Shown here in pieces: positions 63,399 through 64,000 of a stretch of DNA of 64,000 nucleotides; within the stretch, counting starts at the first letter, position 1; every line of letters begins with the position of its first letter. The position numbers and the translations under genes were made by a program. This DNA comes from Thermoanaerobaculia bacterium. Its GTDB lineage: Bacteria; Acidobacteriota; Thermoanaerobaculia; UBA5066; Gp7-AA6. The notes under the pieces were generated by a model, which did no database searches, had not been told where the DNA came from, and was given only the letters and a program-made list of their open reading frames with translations. The stretch covers positions 4,707 through 68,706 of the forward strand of contig JBBDKM010000062.1 in the NCBI GenBank assembly GCA_040879385.1. The letters are read 5' to 3'.

Positions 63399-64000
63399 CC
63401 TACTGGCCGCTTTCGCCGGATTTGCCGAGTTCACCGGGGAGCAGGGGCCCGCCACCGGCGGCGTCCTGGTGGGAGAGGAGTTCTCCTACACGGTGAAGAG
63501 GGGCGACTCGCTCGCCCTGGTCGGTGCGCGGTTCGGCGTCGAGCCCCGGTCGCTTGCTCAGAGCAATAACCTCTCGCCCGTCGCGTGGCTCCGGATTGGT
63601 CAGGTTCTTCGTGTCGACAACCGACACATCGTTCCGTTTTCCCTGGAGCAGGGAATCCTCATCAACATTCCGCAAAGGCTGCTCTTCCTTTTTCAAGAGG
63701 GTCGCCTCGTGGCCTGGTATCCGGCAGGACTCGGGCGTCGCGACTGGCCCACGGCGGCCAGCCGGTTCGAGATACGGGCTCTGGAGCGAGAACCGACCTG
63801 GAACGTGCCTGTTTCGATACAGGAAGAGATGAGACGTCACGGCGAGAGCGTCGAAACGCGTGTCCGGCCGGGTCCCGCCAACCCTCTGGGAGACTACTGG
63901 ATCGGTCTTGAAGGCTCCGCGTGCGGGATTCACGGCACGACCGCTCCGGCGAGCATCTACGGATTCCGGACGCACGGCTGCATTCGACTGCACCCCAACG
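63382..64000 (+). CDS. LysM + L,D-transpeptidase (partial, runs off the window)
   Basis: My translation: YTVKRGDSL (LysM), INIPQRLL, PGPANPLG, GIHGT...THGCIRL. Confidence 0.9.
   Translation, partial: MSRSVLLLAAFAGFAEFTGEQGPATGGVLVGEEFSYTVKRGDSLALVGARFGVEPRSLAQSNNLSPVAWLRIGQVLRVDNRHIVPFSLEQGILINIPQRLLFLFQEGRLVAWYPAGLGRRDWPTAASRFEIRALEREPTWNVPVSIQEEMRRHGESVETRVRPGPANPLGDYWIGLEGSACGIHGTTAPASIYGFRTHGCIRLHPN

Noticed and set aside
1-64000. CRISPR arrays, rRNA, tRNA and riboswitches
   Set aside because: No regularly spaced repeats or recognisable RNA signatures by eye; an Infernal/Rfam scan would be needed to exclude small RNAs in the repeated promoter module.

Overview
GC-rich bacterial window that is almost entirely a respiratory/electron-transfer island. 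From left to right: (1) a minus-strand operon with a BldC-like HTH gene, a GltD-like NAD(P)/FAD/Fe-S oxidoreductase, Rieske protein, cytochrome b, pentaheme cytochrome c and clade II nosZ (cut by the window edge); (2) a decayed tandem array of promoter, MSMEG_0568/NitD-like radical SAM and VKOR-thioredoxin genes, with an MtrA/MtrB-type pair inserted in it; (3) a Crp/Fnr regulator, a DUF542-NnrS-like protein, a narK remnant, a Pat-type acetyltransferase and a P-type ATPase; (4) an extracellular electron transfer operon with two Cys/His-rich paralogues, MtrC/MtrA/porin, a small cytochrome, a CbcL-like c+b pair and an ImcH-like protein; (5) Usp/PAS-LuxR genes and a deleted remnant of a second nxr-like operon; (6) a sigma54 two-component system and a QrcABCD/ACIII-like operon flanked by cytochromes; (7) an apparently complete periplasmic Nitrospira/anammox-type NxrAB(C) operon with accessory genes; (8) hypoxia-type genes (Usp, CBS, PfkB) and a partial L,D-transpeptidase. 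I count about 72 heme-c motifs in 12 proteins. Two recurrent palindromes (ATGACGCARRTCAN and TGATGC-N4-GCATCA) link the modules. I saw no rRNA, tRNA or CRISPR array. All family calls rest on motif recognition by eye, not on database searches.
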